NCBI GenBank assembly: GCA_963797095.1
Contig: CAWCNY010000004.1
Span: 480,001-544,000, forward strand
Direction of reading: 5' to 3'
DNA length: 64,000 bases
Source of the DNA: an uncultured Chloroflexia bacterium
GTDB taxonomy: Bacteria; Chloroflexota; Chloroflexia; QHBQ01; JADMIH01
The position numbers and the translations under genes were made by a program. A model generated the notes under the pieces. That model was given only the letters and a program-made list of their open reading frames with translations. It was not told where the DNA came from and ran no database searches. Positions 38,665 through 47,267 of this stretch are shown here, piece by piece. Within the stretch, counting starts at the first letter, position 1; each line of letters starts with the position of its first letter.

Positions 38665-40911
38665 CTACTCACCCCTCAACGCAATCTTCATCGGCGGCCT
38701 CTCCACCGGCCCAAGCGCCCGCACCTCGAACATCCGCGCCCCGCTTTCCCCATCGTCCGCCGAGGCGCTCCGCTTCCCTTCGATCTCTCGTGTCAGCCGC
38801 TCCGCCACCTCCTTCGCGTAATGCTTCATCTCCGAGTCCTGCAACCTCCGCGACATCACCTCCAGCAAGTCCACCACGCTCCGCAATCCCGGCTGCGGTG
38901 CTTGTGCAGGTCTTCCCTCCCCCAACTCCACCTGTGCGATCGCATTTGACCCAAACTCCCCAACCACAGACAACAACAAGCCGGTTTCTAGCCCATCTTC
39001 CGTAAACACTGGCATCCCCATCATAGCCCCCCTGCGCGCCGCCATATCCCGCCCGAAAGGCGCGATCACCCCCGCCAGTGCAGGGCACAACACCTGGAAT
39101 AGAGTCCTGGGCGGCAGCATCGCCAGTTGCCCCATGTCCAGCGCCTCCAGGTCCGAAGGCCGCAACGCCTGCACCCGCACCTGTGGGTGCACATCCCCAT
39201 CCCCTCGCCTCGGTACCACAAATCCCCCCCAGCTAATATCCACCGGCGAAAACTCCTCCCGCCCCTGCCCCTGATCCTTTGTCCTTCGTCTTTCGTCCTT
39301 CGTCTTTCGTCCTTCGTCATCTCCCCCAAATGCCTTCACCATCTGCAACGTCGGTATCCTCAGCAGAGGCCCCGCCAGTGCCAGCGCCGTGCTGGGGTGG
39401 AACCTCCTTGCGCGCGGGTCCAGCCACACAACCAGGTCCCCCTTCGCGACCGCCAGGCTCTTCCACCAGCTCTCGCCTCGCCCGTGCAGGTTCCCTTGCC
39501 CCGGCAATATCTCCGCCGCTTCGTACACCTCCGCACCCAGGTCCCTGGCGATCTGCCGAGTCCCATCGCTCGACCCTGCATCCACCACCACTATCTGGTC
39601 CGCCAATGGGTGCAACTCCTGCAACACCCGCCGCAGCCCCATGATCACCGAATGTATCCGCCCGGCATCGTTCGAGGTCAACACCACCACGCTCAACGAC
39701 AGCCCGCTCACGCGCTTCGCCCGCAAGAACTCCTCAGGATCGCGGAACTCGTCCCCGTGAAATGTGTGCTCCACGAACCAATGCTCGAACGGCATATCGA
39801 GCCAGCGTTTGCTCCCACCGCGGCCCTTCCCTGCGCTCACACTCTTGTTAGCGCGGAGCCGCTTGCTATAAGCCTTCAGATCGATGCTCACAGGCGTATT
39901 CAACATCAACAGCGGCGGCCCCTTCCGCTCAGACACCTTCAATCCGATGGATGCCTCTCCATCCTCCCCTATCCCCTCCTCGTTAGTCCGCCCCCTCTCT
40001 CTGGCTTCGTGCTGCGCCATCCCCATGATCACAATATCGTCCGCCTGCGCTTCCGAAAGGATCGCCTGTGCCGGGTCATCCCCCCTGGTCAAGATACTCT
40101 CAAACCGCGCCCCTCTCTCCTCGCGTACTCTCCTCAACTGCTCGTTGAATACCAGGTAGGGCTCCTCCCCCAGCGCCTCAACAAGGCTCACCCCCTTTTC
40201 TTCGATAAATCGTTCCAGGTTCGGCACCGTCGGTATTCGAGGTACGTTGTGCAACACCGTCAGCGGCAGATCCATCCTCTCCGCCAGCGTCATACTCAAG
40301 CTCAACCCATACTCAGCCCCTGGCCCCCCTCGCACCGACAGCATGACCCGCCTCGCCCTGTTCCAACCCTCCACCCGCGCGGCCATCACGCCACACGACG
40401 GTTCTGCCAGCACCTCATCCACGATCCGCCCGTAAACATGCTGCTTCGGCCTGCGCGCATACCCCTTCCAGTAAACAAGTACAAGGTCGGCCCCTTCCTC
40501 CACCGCCGCCTGCCGGATCGCCCCCGCCACGTCCCGCGCCACCTTCACAATCCGGTCAACCCGCACCTGTCGCGCCTCATGGCTCCCGTACCCCGGCACC
40601 TCAACCTGTGATGGCAGGAAATCGAGCAGCGCGCGATATGACCGGGCCATGTCCATGCCCATCGTCAAAGGCTGGTCGGGTGGCACCTGCACCACGCTCA
40701 ATACCACAATGTGGGCTTGCCGCGACCCCTTCTCGTCGCTCGCACCTGCGCTTGCATCTTTCCCAATATCGCGCATCAGGTGCGCCGCCAGCCCCAGCAT
40801 ATCCCCGGCCAGCCCCATATTTAGCAATGGGACCAGCACTACCTGCGGCACAGCCGTCAGCGTGCCCGCAGATCCACCAGCCTCCGTTGCCTGGCGAAAA
40901 TCCATATTCAT
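38665..40911 (-). CDS. USP domains fused to a degenerate GpgS-like (GT-A) domain
   Basis: Two USP-like repeats; C-terminal WFVEHTFH, VVVDAGSSDGT, GRGESWWKSL, but expected DxD reads LDPR. Confidence 0.75.
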   Translation of the reverse strand: MNMDFRQATEAGGSAGTLTAVPQVVLVPLLNMGLAGDMLGLAAHLMRDIGKDASAGASDEKGSRQAHIVVLSVVQVPPDQPLTMGMDMARSYRALLDFLPSQVEVPGYGSHEARQVRVDRIVKVARDVAGAIRQAAVEEGADLVLVYWKGYARRPKQHVYGRIVDEVLAEPSCGVMAARVEGWNRARRVMLSVRGGPGAEYGLSLSMTLAERMDLPLTVLHNVPRIPTVPNLERFIEEKGVSLVEALGEEPYLVFNEQLRRVREERGARFESILTRGDDPAQAILSEAQADDIVIMGMAQHEARERGRTNEEGIGEDGEASIGLKVSERKGPPLLMLNTPVSIDLKAYSKRLRANKSVSAGKGRGGSKRWLDMPFEHWFVEHTFHGDEFRDPEEFLRAKRVSGLSLSVVVLTSNDAGRIHSVIMGLRRVLQELHPLADQIVVVDAGSSDGTRQIARDLGAEVYEAAEILPGQGNLHGRGESWWKSLAVAKGDLVVWLDPRARRFHPSTALALAGPLLRIPTLQMVKAFGGDDEGRKTKDERRRTKDQGQGREEFSPVDISWGGFVVPRRGDGDVHPQVRVQALRPSDLEALDMGQLAMLPPRTLFQVLCPALAGVIAPFGRDMAARRGAMMGMPVFTEDGLETGLLLSVVGEFGSNAIAQVELGEGRPAQAPQPGLRSVVDLLEVMSRRLQDSEMKHYAKEVAERLTREIEGKRSASADDGESGARMFEVRALGPVERPPMKIALRGE

Positions 40912-40927
40912 AATCCACCACCAAACG

Positions 40928-42241
40928 CTATTCGGTCAATCTCATCGTCTCCGCAACCGACAGCTTCCTGGTGTCAAACGTAAGCTTCTTCGTGGCGGCG
41001 GCGCTTGCCCGCCCCTCTGTCTCTATCCGCTCCGCCTCTTTTTGCGAAGCCTCGGCCAACTCGTCTTCTCCCATGCTCAACAATCGCGTGGCAGCCGCCC
41101 GCAAATTGCAACTCGCCGTCTCCGTGTCGCCAAGCATGCTCGCCTGCAATGCCCTTGTCTGCAACTTGAACGTAGTGGCCTTCTCCACGCTGTTCATCAC
41201 ACGCGGTTCGCCAGAACCTTTCCCCGCCCCTTCGGCGAACCCAACTACCAGGTCCAGAGACGCCTCTTCCTTGCCGTGCCCTACCTCATACTCAAGCAAC
41301 ACCCTTGCCAGCCTGTAGCTCCCAGGCTTCCTCGGCGGCAGCACCACCTCAAACAACAATGTCTGCCCATCCGCCGATTGCATATCTCCTAAAGACAACG
41401 TCAACTGACCGCTCGATCCGCTCACAACTCCTGCGCCTGCATTCTCGCCACCTGCGCCCTCCATGCTGGGCCACAGCCTTGAGATCATCGGCGACACCCT
41501 GTACACCGCCCGTGCCGCCACTCCCCCTGCCCCCGAAAACGTCAGCCGCAAATTCCGTGCCGTCGTTGCCTGCATCTGCCTCAGCGCCCCCTCGAACGCC
41601 CCCGCGATCTCCTCCGGCTTAGCAACATACTCGACTTGCCCGCCGCTCTCGCTGGCGATCCCGTCCAGTAGCTCGATGCTCCAATCCTCCTCGGCCCCCA
41701 GTCCCAGCGCCGCTATCGGTATCCCTGCTGCCCCGGCCTGCGCCGCCAACTCAAGGCATTGGTCCCCATCCCCCCAGGTCTGCCCGTCCGTCAAAACAAT
41801 AATTCGCGACACCACGCCCGGCCCGCTCCCCTTCTGCGCCTCCTCCAGTCCAACCCGCAGGCCCTTGCTCATCGCCGTGCCTCCCGCCTCCTTGATCGCC
41901 TCCACCTGCGCCTTCAGCGCCTCTCGGTCCGCCACCTGCGTGCTACTCACCAGCGGCCTCACCTCGTCATCAAACAGCGTGATCGCCACTGTATCCCGCT
42001 CGCTAAGGTGGTCAATCACCCACCCCACCGCCTTCTTCAGGTTCTCCAGTTTCTCCCCCGCCATTGACCCCGAAGTATCCAGCACCAAACTGAGATTCAA
42101 CGCCGAATTCCCACCACTCACAACCCCAACTGGCGTATTAGCCTGCGTTATGTCAAGCAAAAGATACGCCAGACTATTAGCGTCGTTCGCCCCCAGCGGA
42201 TCGTGGCTCCAGGTTCCCTTCAAATTCATGTTCTCAACCAT
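40928..42241 (-). CDS. vWA domain protein (YfbK-like)
   Basis: MIDAS DTSGS, GGT, LTDG; helical C-terminus. Confidence 0.9.
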   Translation of the reverse strand: MVENMNLKGTWSHDPLGANDANSLAYLLLDITQANTPVGVVSGGNSALNLSLVLDTSGSMAGEKLENLKKAVGWVIDHLSERDTVAITLFDDEVRPLVSSTQVADREALKAQVEAIKEAGGTAMSKGLRVGLEEAQKGSGPGVVSRIIVLTDGQTWGDGDQCLELAAQAGAAGIPIAALGLGAEEDWSIELLDGIASESGGQVEYVAKPEEIAGAFEGALRQMQATTARNLRLTFSGAGGVAARAVYRVSPMISRLWPSMEGAGGENAGAGVVSGSSGQLTLSLGDMQSADGQTLLFEVVLPPRKPGSYRLARVLLEYEVGHGKEEASLDLVVGFAEGAGKGSGEPRVMNSVEKATTFKLQTRALQASMLGDTETASCNLRAAATRLLSMGEDELAEASQKEAERIETEGRASAAATKKLTFDTRKLSVAETMRLTE

Positions 42242-42380
42242 ATCTCTCCTCGCGTGAAACGTACTGAGTCATGCAACATGGCAACCCAACAATCACAATA
42301 TCACGAAATTAAGTACGCTCCACCAACCCCCACGTTTCAAAACGACACCCAATCACCCACCACTCCCCTACCGACTATCA

Positions 42381-42408
42381 GGAACTTGGAACTTGGAACT
42401 TGGAACTA
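42381..42408. repeat. Heptamer array GGAACTT-type x4
   Basis: Between the PP2C and vWA genes. Confidence 0.85.
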
Positions 42409-42420
42409 CCGTCCTCCCCA

Positions 42421-44619
42421 TCACTCCTCCCCCTGCATCAATCGCGCATAAATAACACTGATATTATCCTCCCCACCCTTGCTGTTAGCCAGCCCGATCA
42501 GTATATTCGCCTCCGACTGCGGATCGACCCCCTCGTCCCCCGCTACCGACGAAATCTCAGGGTCCCTCACGAAATCCCACAACCCATCCGAGCACAAAAG
42601 CAGCCCATCCCCCGGCCTCATCCTCAACCGGTAAATATCCACCTCCGTATCAGTCAACCTGGAATCGCCCAGTGCCCTGTAAATCTCATTCCGCCTGGGG
42701 TGAGTGTAAATATCCTCCGGTGAGAGCTGCCCGGCCTGCACCAGTTGCATCACCAGCGAATGGTCCCGTGTCAGCACAAGCGCCCGCCCGTCCCTCACAA
42801 GATATGCTCTGCTATCCCCCACATTCGCCACCGTCAACTGGTTCCCTATCAGCAGCGCCGCCACCACCGTCGTCCCCAGGTCCGAATGCCTCTCCCTCGC
42901 CAGGTCGCTGATCCTCCTGTTCGCCTCCAGCACCGCCTGTTGCAGCAACCCTGCGCACGTATTGGGATCGCGCGCCACCGGGTCGCCCGACACCAGCGGC
43001 CCCACCAGCGACGAATTCACCATCGACCCGATCGTCCTTACAGCAATCGACGACGCCACCTCACCGCTCTGGTGCCCACCCATTCCATCGGCCACCACAT
43101 ACAGCCCCACCGGCAAATTCCCGTCGTGCTCCAGCACCGTCGCTTCCAGTGTCAGCACGCTATCCTCGTTGATCTTCCTCACCATCCCGATGTCCGACGC
43201 CCTGCCGCTCCACAATTTCAAGTTAGTCAGCGGCCTGCTCGCCTCGTACAAATCGTTCAAAATAGCCGCGAACGCCTCCGCCGTAGGGTAAGCCCCCTCC
43301 CGCGCCTTCGACAGCGCCACCGCCGGATTTGCGTCCGCTCCCAGTGGCCCCGTAGCCTCATAGGCCGCCACCATCTTCCCGCCGTTATGACCGTTTCGCC
43401 CCATCCGTCCACCCATATTGCTAAACGGATCGACCTTTTCCTCTCCGTCTGCGACCGTCGTTGGCCCCTTTCGCACCGCCATATACCACTGTTCCAATTC
43501 CCCTGCCAGCGCTCTCACGTCCGACCTCTCCAACGCTTCCTTAGCGTCCTCGTCCAACCCCTCTACTGACTGGCACCCCGACGGGTCGAGCAGCATCACC
43601 CGGTCCCCCGGCTGAACCAGCAAATTCGCAAGCTCAAGCGAGCATCCCCCTATATTCTCTGCGCGCAGCCTCACCAACAACTCCCCCACCTGCGCCATCC
43701 ACCCCAGCGCCTGCTCTTCCTCCGGCTCCTCCGGCACCGCCAGGTGCCCCGACTGCCCGGGCAAAAGTAACCCCGTGGTCGTCATCCCCGGCAGCCACGA
43801 CGCCATAACGCGCCCCCCACTCTCCTCCCAGGCCACGTACCCGCGCCCCAACTCCAGGTCGTACCAAACATCGTAAGCGTGCGTCACCCCCGGCACCCTG
43901 CTCTCCAATATTGCAGGTGCCAGCTTCAATTGCGGCAGGAACCCAACCTCTTCATCCCCTACCCCGGTTGCCTCCTCCGCCTCCCTCTTATCATCTCCCT
44001 CTCCCTCTCCTTCGACCTTTGCTGGTTTTCCTTCGTCTGCGTTCTGCGCCAGCGGCAATCCAAACTCCTGTAATCTATAATGCCGCCCCGCCAATTGCGC
44101 CCCGCACTCTACGCAATAAATATCTCCCGGCATCGAGCTTGTAGATCCGCACGCCCAGCACCTCATAAATCCCTGCAAATCCGCCACCCGGTAAACGTTC
44201 GTATCCCCCAGCGACCCCACAAACGAAGCCACCTCGTAACGCTCGTTCACCGTCGCCCCCTCCGCGAGTGGCGGTCTCGGCGGTCCCCCAGCCTCCGGTA
44301 ACGGCGTGGTAATCTTGCTTGCCCCTCCCCCATCCAGTGATCCCGTGCTTTCCTCGTCTTTTACCTCGCTCAGCAGCACAGCAAGCACCTCATCCTCGCT
44401 CGCGCCGCTCTCATCGCTACTTTCTGCTCCGGCAAATTCCTCTTCTGCCTCTTCGCTCGCCTCTCCCACTTTCACCACGCCCTCTTGCGCACGCGCCTCA
44501 TCCTCCGCGCTGTCGGCCACGGCCTCGCTTTCGGCGCTCAGTACCGGCGTACCTTCTGCCTCTGTGGGCGTCTCTTCCTTCTCAGGGTCCTGGACGGGTT
44601 CAGTCTTATCAGCATTCAT
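42421..44619 (-). CDS. PP2C Ser/Thr phosphatase with acidic N-terminus, zinc ribbon and pseudokinase domain
   Basis: CWACG..CVECG; RKINEDS, VADGMGG, NVGDSRAY, TRDHS, LCSDGL, GGEDN. Confidence 0.9.
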   Translation of the reverse strand: MNADKTEPVQDPEKEETPTEAEGTPVLSAESEAVADSAEDEARAQEGVVKVGEASEEAEEEFAGAESSDESGASEDEVLAVLLSEVKDEESTGSLDGGGASKITTPLPEAGGPPRPPLAEGATVNERYEVASFVGSLGDTNVYRVADLQGFMRCWACGSTSSMPGDIYCVECGAQLAGRHYRLQEFGLPLAQNADEGKPAKVEGEGEGDDKREAEEATGVGDEEVGFLPQLKLAPAILESRVPGVTHAYDVWYDLELGRGYVAWEESGGRVMASWLPGMTTTGLLLPGQSGHLAVPEEPEEEQALGWMAQVGELLVRLRAENIGGCSLELANLLVQPGDRVMLLDPSGCQSVEGLDEDAKEALERSDVRALAGELEQWYMAVRKGPTTVADGEEKVDPFSNMGGRMGRNGHNGGKMVAAYEATGPLGADANPAVALSKAREGAYPTAEAFAAILNDLYEASRPLTNLKLWSGRASDIGMVRKINEDSVLTLEATVLEHDGNLPVGLYVVADGMGGHQSGEVASSIAVRTIGSMVNSSLVGPLVSGDPVARDPNTCAGLLQQAVLEANRRISDLARERHSDLGTTVVAALLIGNQLTVANVGDSRAYLVRDGRALVLTRDHSLVMQLVQAGQLSPEDIYTHPRRNEIYRALGDSRLTDTEVDIYRLRMRPGDGLLLCSDGLWDFVRDPEISSVAGDEGVDPQSEANILIGLANSKGGEDNISVIYARLMQGEE

Positions 44620-44735
44620 GGACAATAAACCTTGCTAGAAATTGGGGTAATCTCCACCCGACTCCCACAATGCAACAAGCAACAGGGACGCCTGAACACT
44701 GTCTTCTGATGGGCCGAAGTCGAACGGATAGGCTA

Positions 44736-44764
44736 ACTATAGCATAAGCTAATACCCCACGCAA
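44736..44764 (-). promoter_or_regulatory. sigma70-type promoter for the PP2C gene
   Basis: Minus strand TTGCGT-17 bp-TATAGT with extended TG. Confidence 0.5.
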
Positions 44765-45008
44765 ACACCTATTACCACCTGATTAGCACCCGAAAGATCC
44801 CGCGAAACTGGATGAAGGTCTAGCCCAATCAGAGGCAGGCCTCCCCCTCTGATCATCCCCCACACCACCCCCCAATCGCCCAACCCCACAGCTGCCAACC
44901 CCACCATTCTGAGCGTCCCGCCCGCAAGGAGGTTGTGCCATCTCCCTTCCCCTATTGTCACCCCCCAGCGCCATTATCTTCCCATCCCCTGTGCCTTCCC
45001 CCGTCACC

Positions 45009-45113
45009 ATTGTCATCCACCGTCGCTATTGTCATCCACTGTCGCTATTGTCTTCCCCGTAGACCTTGTCGCCCCCGCCCCCCTTTGTCATCCTGAACGA
45101 AGTGAAGGATCTC
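45009..45113. repeat. Three degenerate ATTGTCATCCAC 19-mers and a TGTCATCCTGAACGAAGTGAAGGATCT REP-like unit
   Basis: Direct reading; the last unit resembles a widespread intergenic palindromic repeat. Confidence 0.6.
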
Positions 45114-45317
45114 GCTCCCCAAGATCACCTTCGCAAGCTCACCAAGCCAGAGAGTGCCCACAACGAGCAAGATCCTCAAACTCAATCAACTAACCCCAAA
45201 ATCGCCCAAAAACCACCCATTTGGCCCTATCTAAATCCAAACAAATGTGCTAAGTCCCAATACAGGAAGTACTTTCACCCTCCCTGCCGCGCAGCAAGGA
45301 GGACATAGAGACAAGAC

Positions 45318-45599
45318 TGGTGTCCCTATGCAGCTTTGCGTTTGTACCTTACAAACCACATAAACAACCACCACAACTACCAGCACTTTACAAACCAAAA
45401 GAATGGTCAGCCAAAAGCCGGTGGCTGTCTCAACACCACCATCACCAGCACCAACAAGACCACCAACCGCTCCGGTCTCCCACCACCGGCCCCTAAGGGG
45501 ACCAACACGGAGCGGTAATCCAGTGTGCATTCGTGTCACACCCTCTATAGGCAAGAGGAACCCTGCGCCACACGTACCAGTTGCGCCACAGGGACACCA
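45318..45599. ncRNA. Candidate structured ncRNA, about 280 nt, strand unresolved
   Basis: TGGTGTCCCT/AGGGACACCA closing helix with imperfect extension plus several internal hairpins; no convincing ORF. Confidence 0.45.
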
Positions 45600-45619
45600 T
45601 CCGATAAGCCAACCCACAC

Positions 45620-45671
45620 AAAAAAGGAAGAAGGGTGCATGTGATCGCAAACAGATCCCATGCACCCCTTC
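45620..45671 (-). terminator. Hairpin with A-tract on the left (U-tract on minus strand)
   Basis: GGGTGCATG/CATGCACCC plus GATC/GATC stem; A run at 45620-45625. Confidence 0.5.
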
Positions 45672-45939
45672 CCCATACCCACCAATCAAGACTCCGCACT
45701 CCGCATTCCGCATTCCGCACTACAAGAACCTTCGTGCCCTTAGTACTCCTTCGCATCTTCGTGTATAAAGATACAAATAACCAGTACGCAATACAAATCC
45801 TCCCTCGCATCGTCCTGCCCCACAATCCAAAGGTTGACGCTCCACCCAATCCTCACGTACAATACAAGCAACTCTAGCAAAGATGAAAGAGCCAACTAAC
45901 AAAGCAATGTAGCTTGTATGCGAAGGAGGATACCAGCTA

Positions 45940-46896
45940 ATGGAAACCATCGAAAAACCCGCCACCACAACTTCACCTAACGGCGCGTCCGCCGCTGTCA
46001 TCCCCACCCCCAGGCGCACGACCCTTGATCAAATGGACCTGCCAACGGGCAAGAAAGCCCGCCTCCACAGGCTCCTCTACGAGCATGGCCCCGGCAACGG
46101 CACCATTCTCCTCCTACCTATCGACCAGGGCCTGGAGCATGGCCCAATCGACTTCCTGGGCAACCCCCCCGCCCTCGACCCAGGCTTCCAGCTTGAGCTT
46201 GCCCTCAACGGTGGCTACTCAGGTATCGTCTTCCACATTGGCCTCGCCACCAAGTACATGAAACAATACGCGGGCAAGATCCCCCTCGTCCTAAAGCTCA
46301 ACGGCAAGACCAACATCCCATCCGATGCCCAGGCCTTCTCCTCAATTGACGCGACAGTCGAAGACGCCGTCCGCCTTGGAGCCGACGCCATTGGTTACAC
46401 CCTCTACATCGGCTCCCCCGCCCAGGACCGCGACTTCCTTCAGTTCAATCAGGTGCGCCAGGACGCCGAACGCTATGGCATGCCGATCATCGTCTGGGCC
46501 TACCCCCGAGGCGAAGCTGTCAAAGCCAAAGGCGGCGTCAACTCCCTTTATGCCATTGACTATGCGGCCCGCGTCGCCCTGGAGCTTGGAGCCGATGTCG
46601 TCAAGCTCAACGTCCCCGAACACGATAACATCAGCCCGGCCCAGCCCAAGCCCTACGACACCATGAACCTCGGCTACGCCGGCAGCATAGCCAAAGTAGT
46701 CGCCTCTGCGGGCCGCGCCATGGTCCTCTTCTCCGGCGGCAGCAAGCTCGGCGACGAAGATCTCCTGACCAAAGCCCGCATGGCAATGGAAAACGGAGCC
46801 ACCGGCCTCATCTTTGGCCGCAACCTCTGGCAGCGCCCAATGGACGAAGCCCTCGCCATCACAGGCCGCATCATGGACATAATGAAGAAAGCCTAA
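45940..46896 (+). CDS. Class I fructose-bisphosphate aldolase (DhnA/FbaB type)
   Basis: LPIDQGLEHGP, WAYPRG, LGADVVK Schiff-base Lys, SGG, GLIFGRN; GGAGG RBS. Confidence 0.93.
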   Translation: METIEKPATTTSPNGASAAVIPTPRRTTLDQMDLPTGKKARLHRLLYEHGPGNGTILLLPIDQGLEHGPIDFLGNPPALDPGFQLELALNGGYSGIVFHIGLATKYMKQYAGKIPLVLKLNGKTNIPSDAQAFSSIDATVEDAVRLGADAIGYTLYIGSPAQDRDFLQFNQVRQDAERYGMPIIVWAYPRGEAVKAKGGVNSLYAIDYAARVALELGADVVKLNVPEHDNISPAQPKPYDTMNLGYAGSIAKVVASAGRAMVLFSGGSKLGDEDLLTKARMAMENGATGLIFGRNLWQRPMDEALAITGRIMDIMKKA

Positions 46897-46971
46897 CCCA
46901 ACTGGGCCCAAGCTTATGAGATCTCGAACAGTAGATTCAGTTTAGCAAGCGTAATATCTGCTTCTAAAATA

Positions 46972-46997
46972 GAAAGCCCCTCCACAACGGGGCTTTC
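46972..46997 (+). terminator. Putative terminator
   Basis: GAAAGCCCC/GGGGCTTTC stem downstream of the aldolase. Confidence 0.45.
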
Positions 46998-47015
46998 AAG
47001 GGCAGGTTTCTGAGA

Positions 47016-47209
47016 AGGGGGTGCAGGCGGAACTGCCTGCCGGGGGTTTGGGGGTGTCCCCCCAACTCTACTTCTACTTCTTACTAACTCCCCTCTCCCC
47101 GGATTCGGGGAGAGGGGCCGGGGGTGAGGGGCGTTCGTATGCACCCACCGAAGGATTCCACCGAAGACCTACCCTTGAACGCCCAATTGGGGAGGGGTTG
47201 GGGGTGGAG
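47016..47209. repeat. G-rich palindromic repeat cluster
   Basis: GCAGGCGG/CTGCCTGC, TTGGGGG-TGT-CCCCCAA and CCCCTCTCCCCG/CGGGGAGAGGGG hairpins; related unit at 52585-52622. Confidence 0.7.
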
Positions 47210-47267
47210 CCTCGGAGGGCATTCCTATCCTGTTCTACCCAAGGATCTGGAATGCGGCTAGCTCATG

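Noticed and set aside
39127-40611. Long antisense and alternate-frame ORFs (494 aa here; many 150-300 aa elsewhere)
   Set aside because: Shadows of real genes in GC-rich, skewed DNA; Pro/Arg/His-rich with no domain motifs
45336-45518. 60-aa N/T/H-rich leader peptide
   Set aside because: TTG start far from the nearest SD-like AAGGAGG; composition reflects the A/C-rich sequence
45318-45599. tmRNA, RNase P or SRP identity for the structured region
   Set aside because: Ends in ACCA but lacks a T-arm and tmRNA 5' end; no GAGGAAAGUCC or SRP domain IV motif found
46914-47260. Small ORFs between the aldolase and the ABC permease
   Set aside because: They translate palindromic G-rich repeats (e.g. 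PHPRPLSPNPGRG) and have no other coding support
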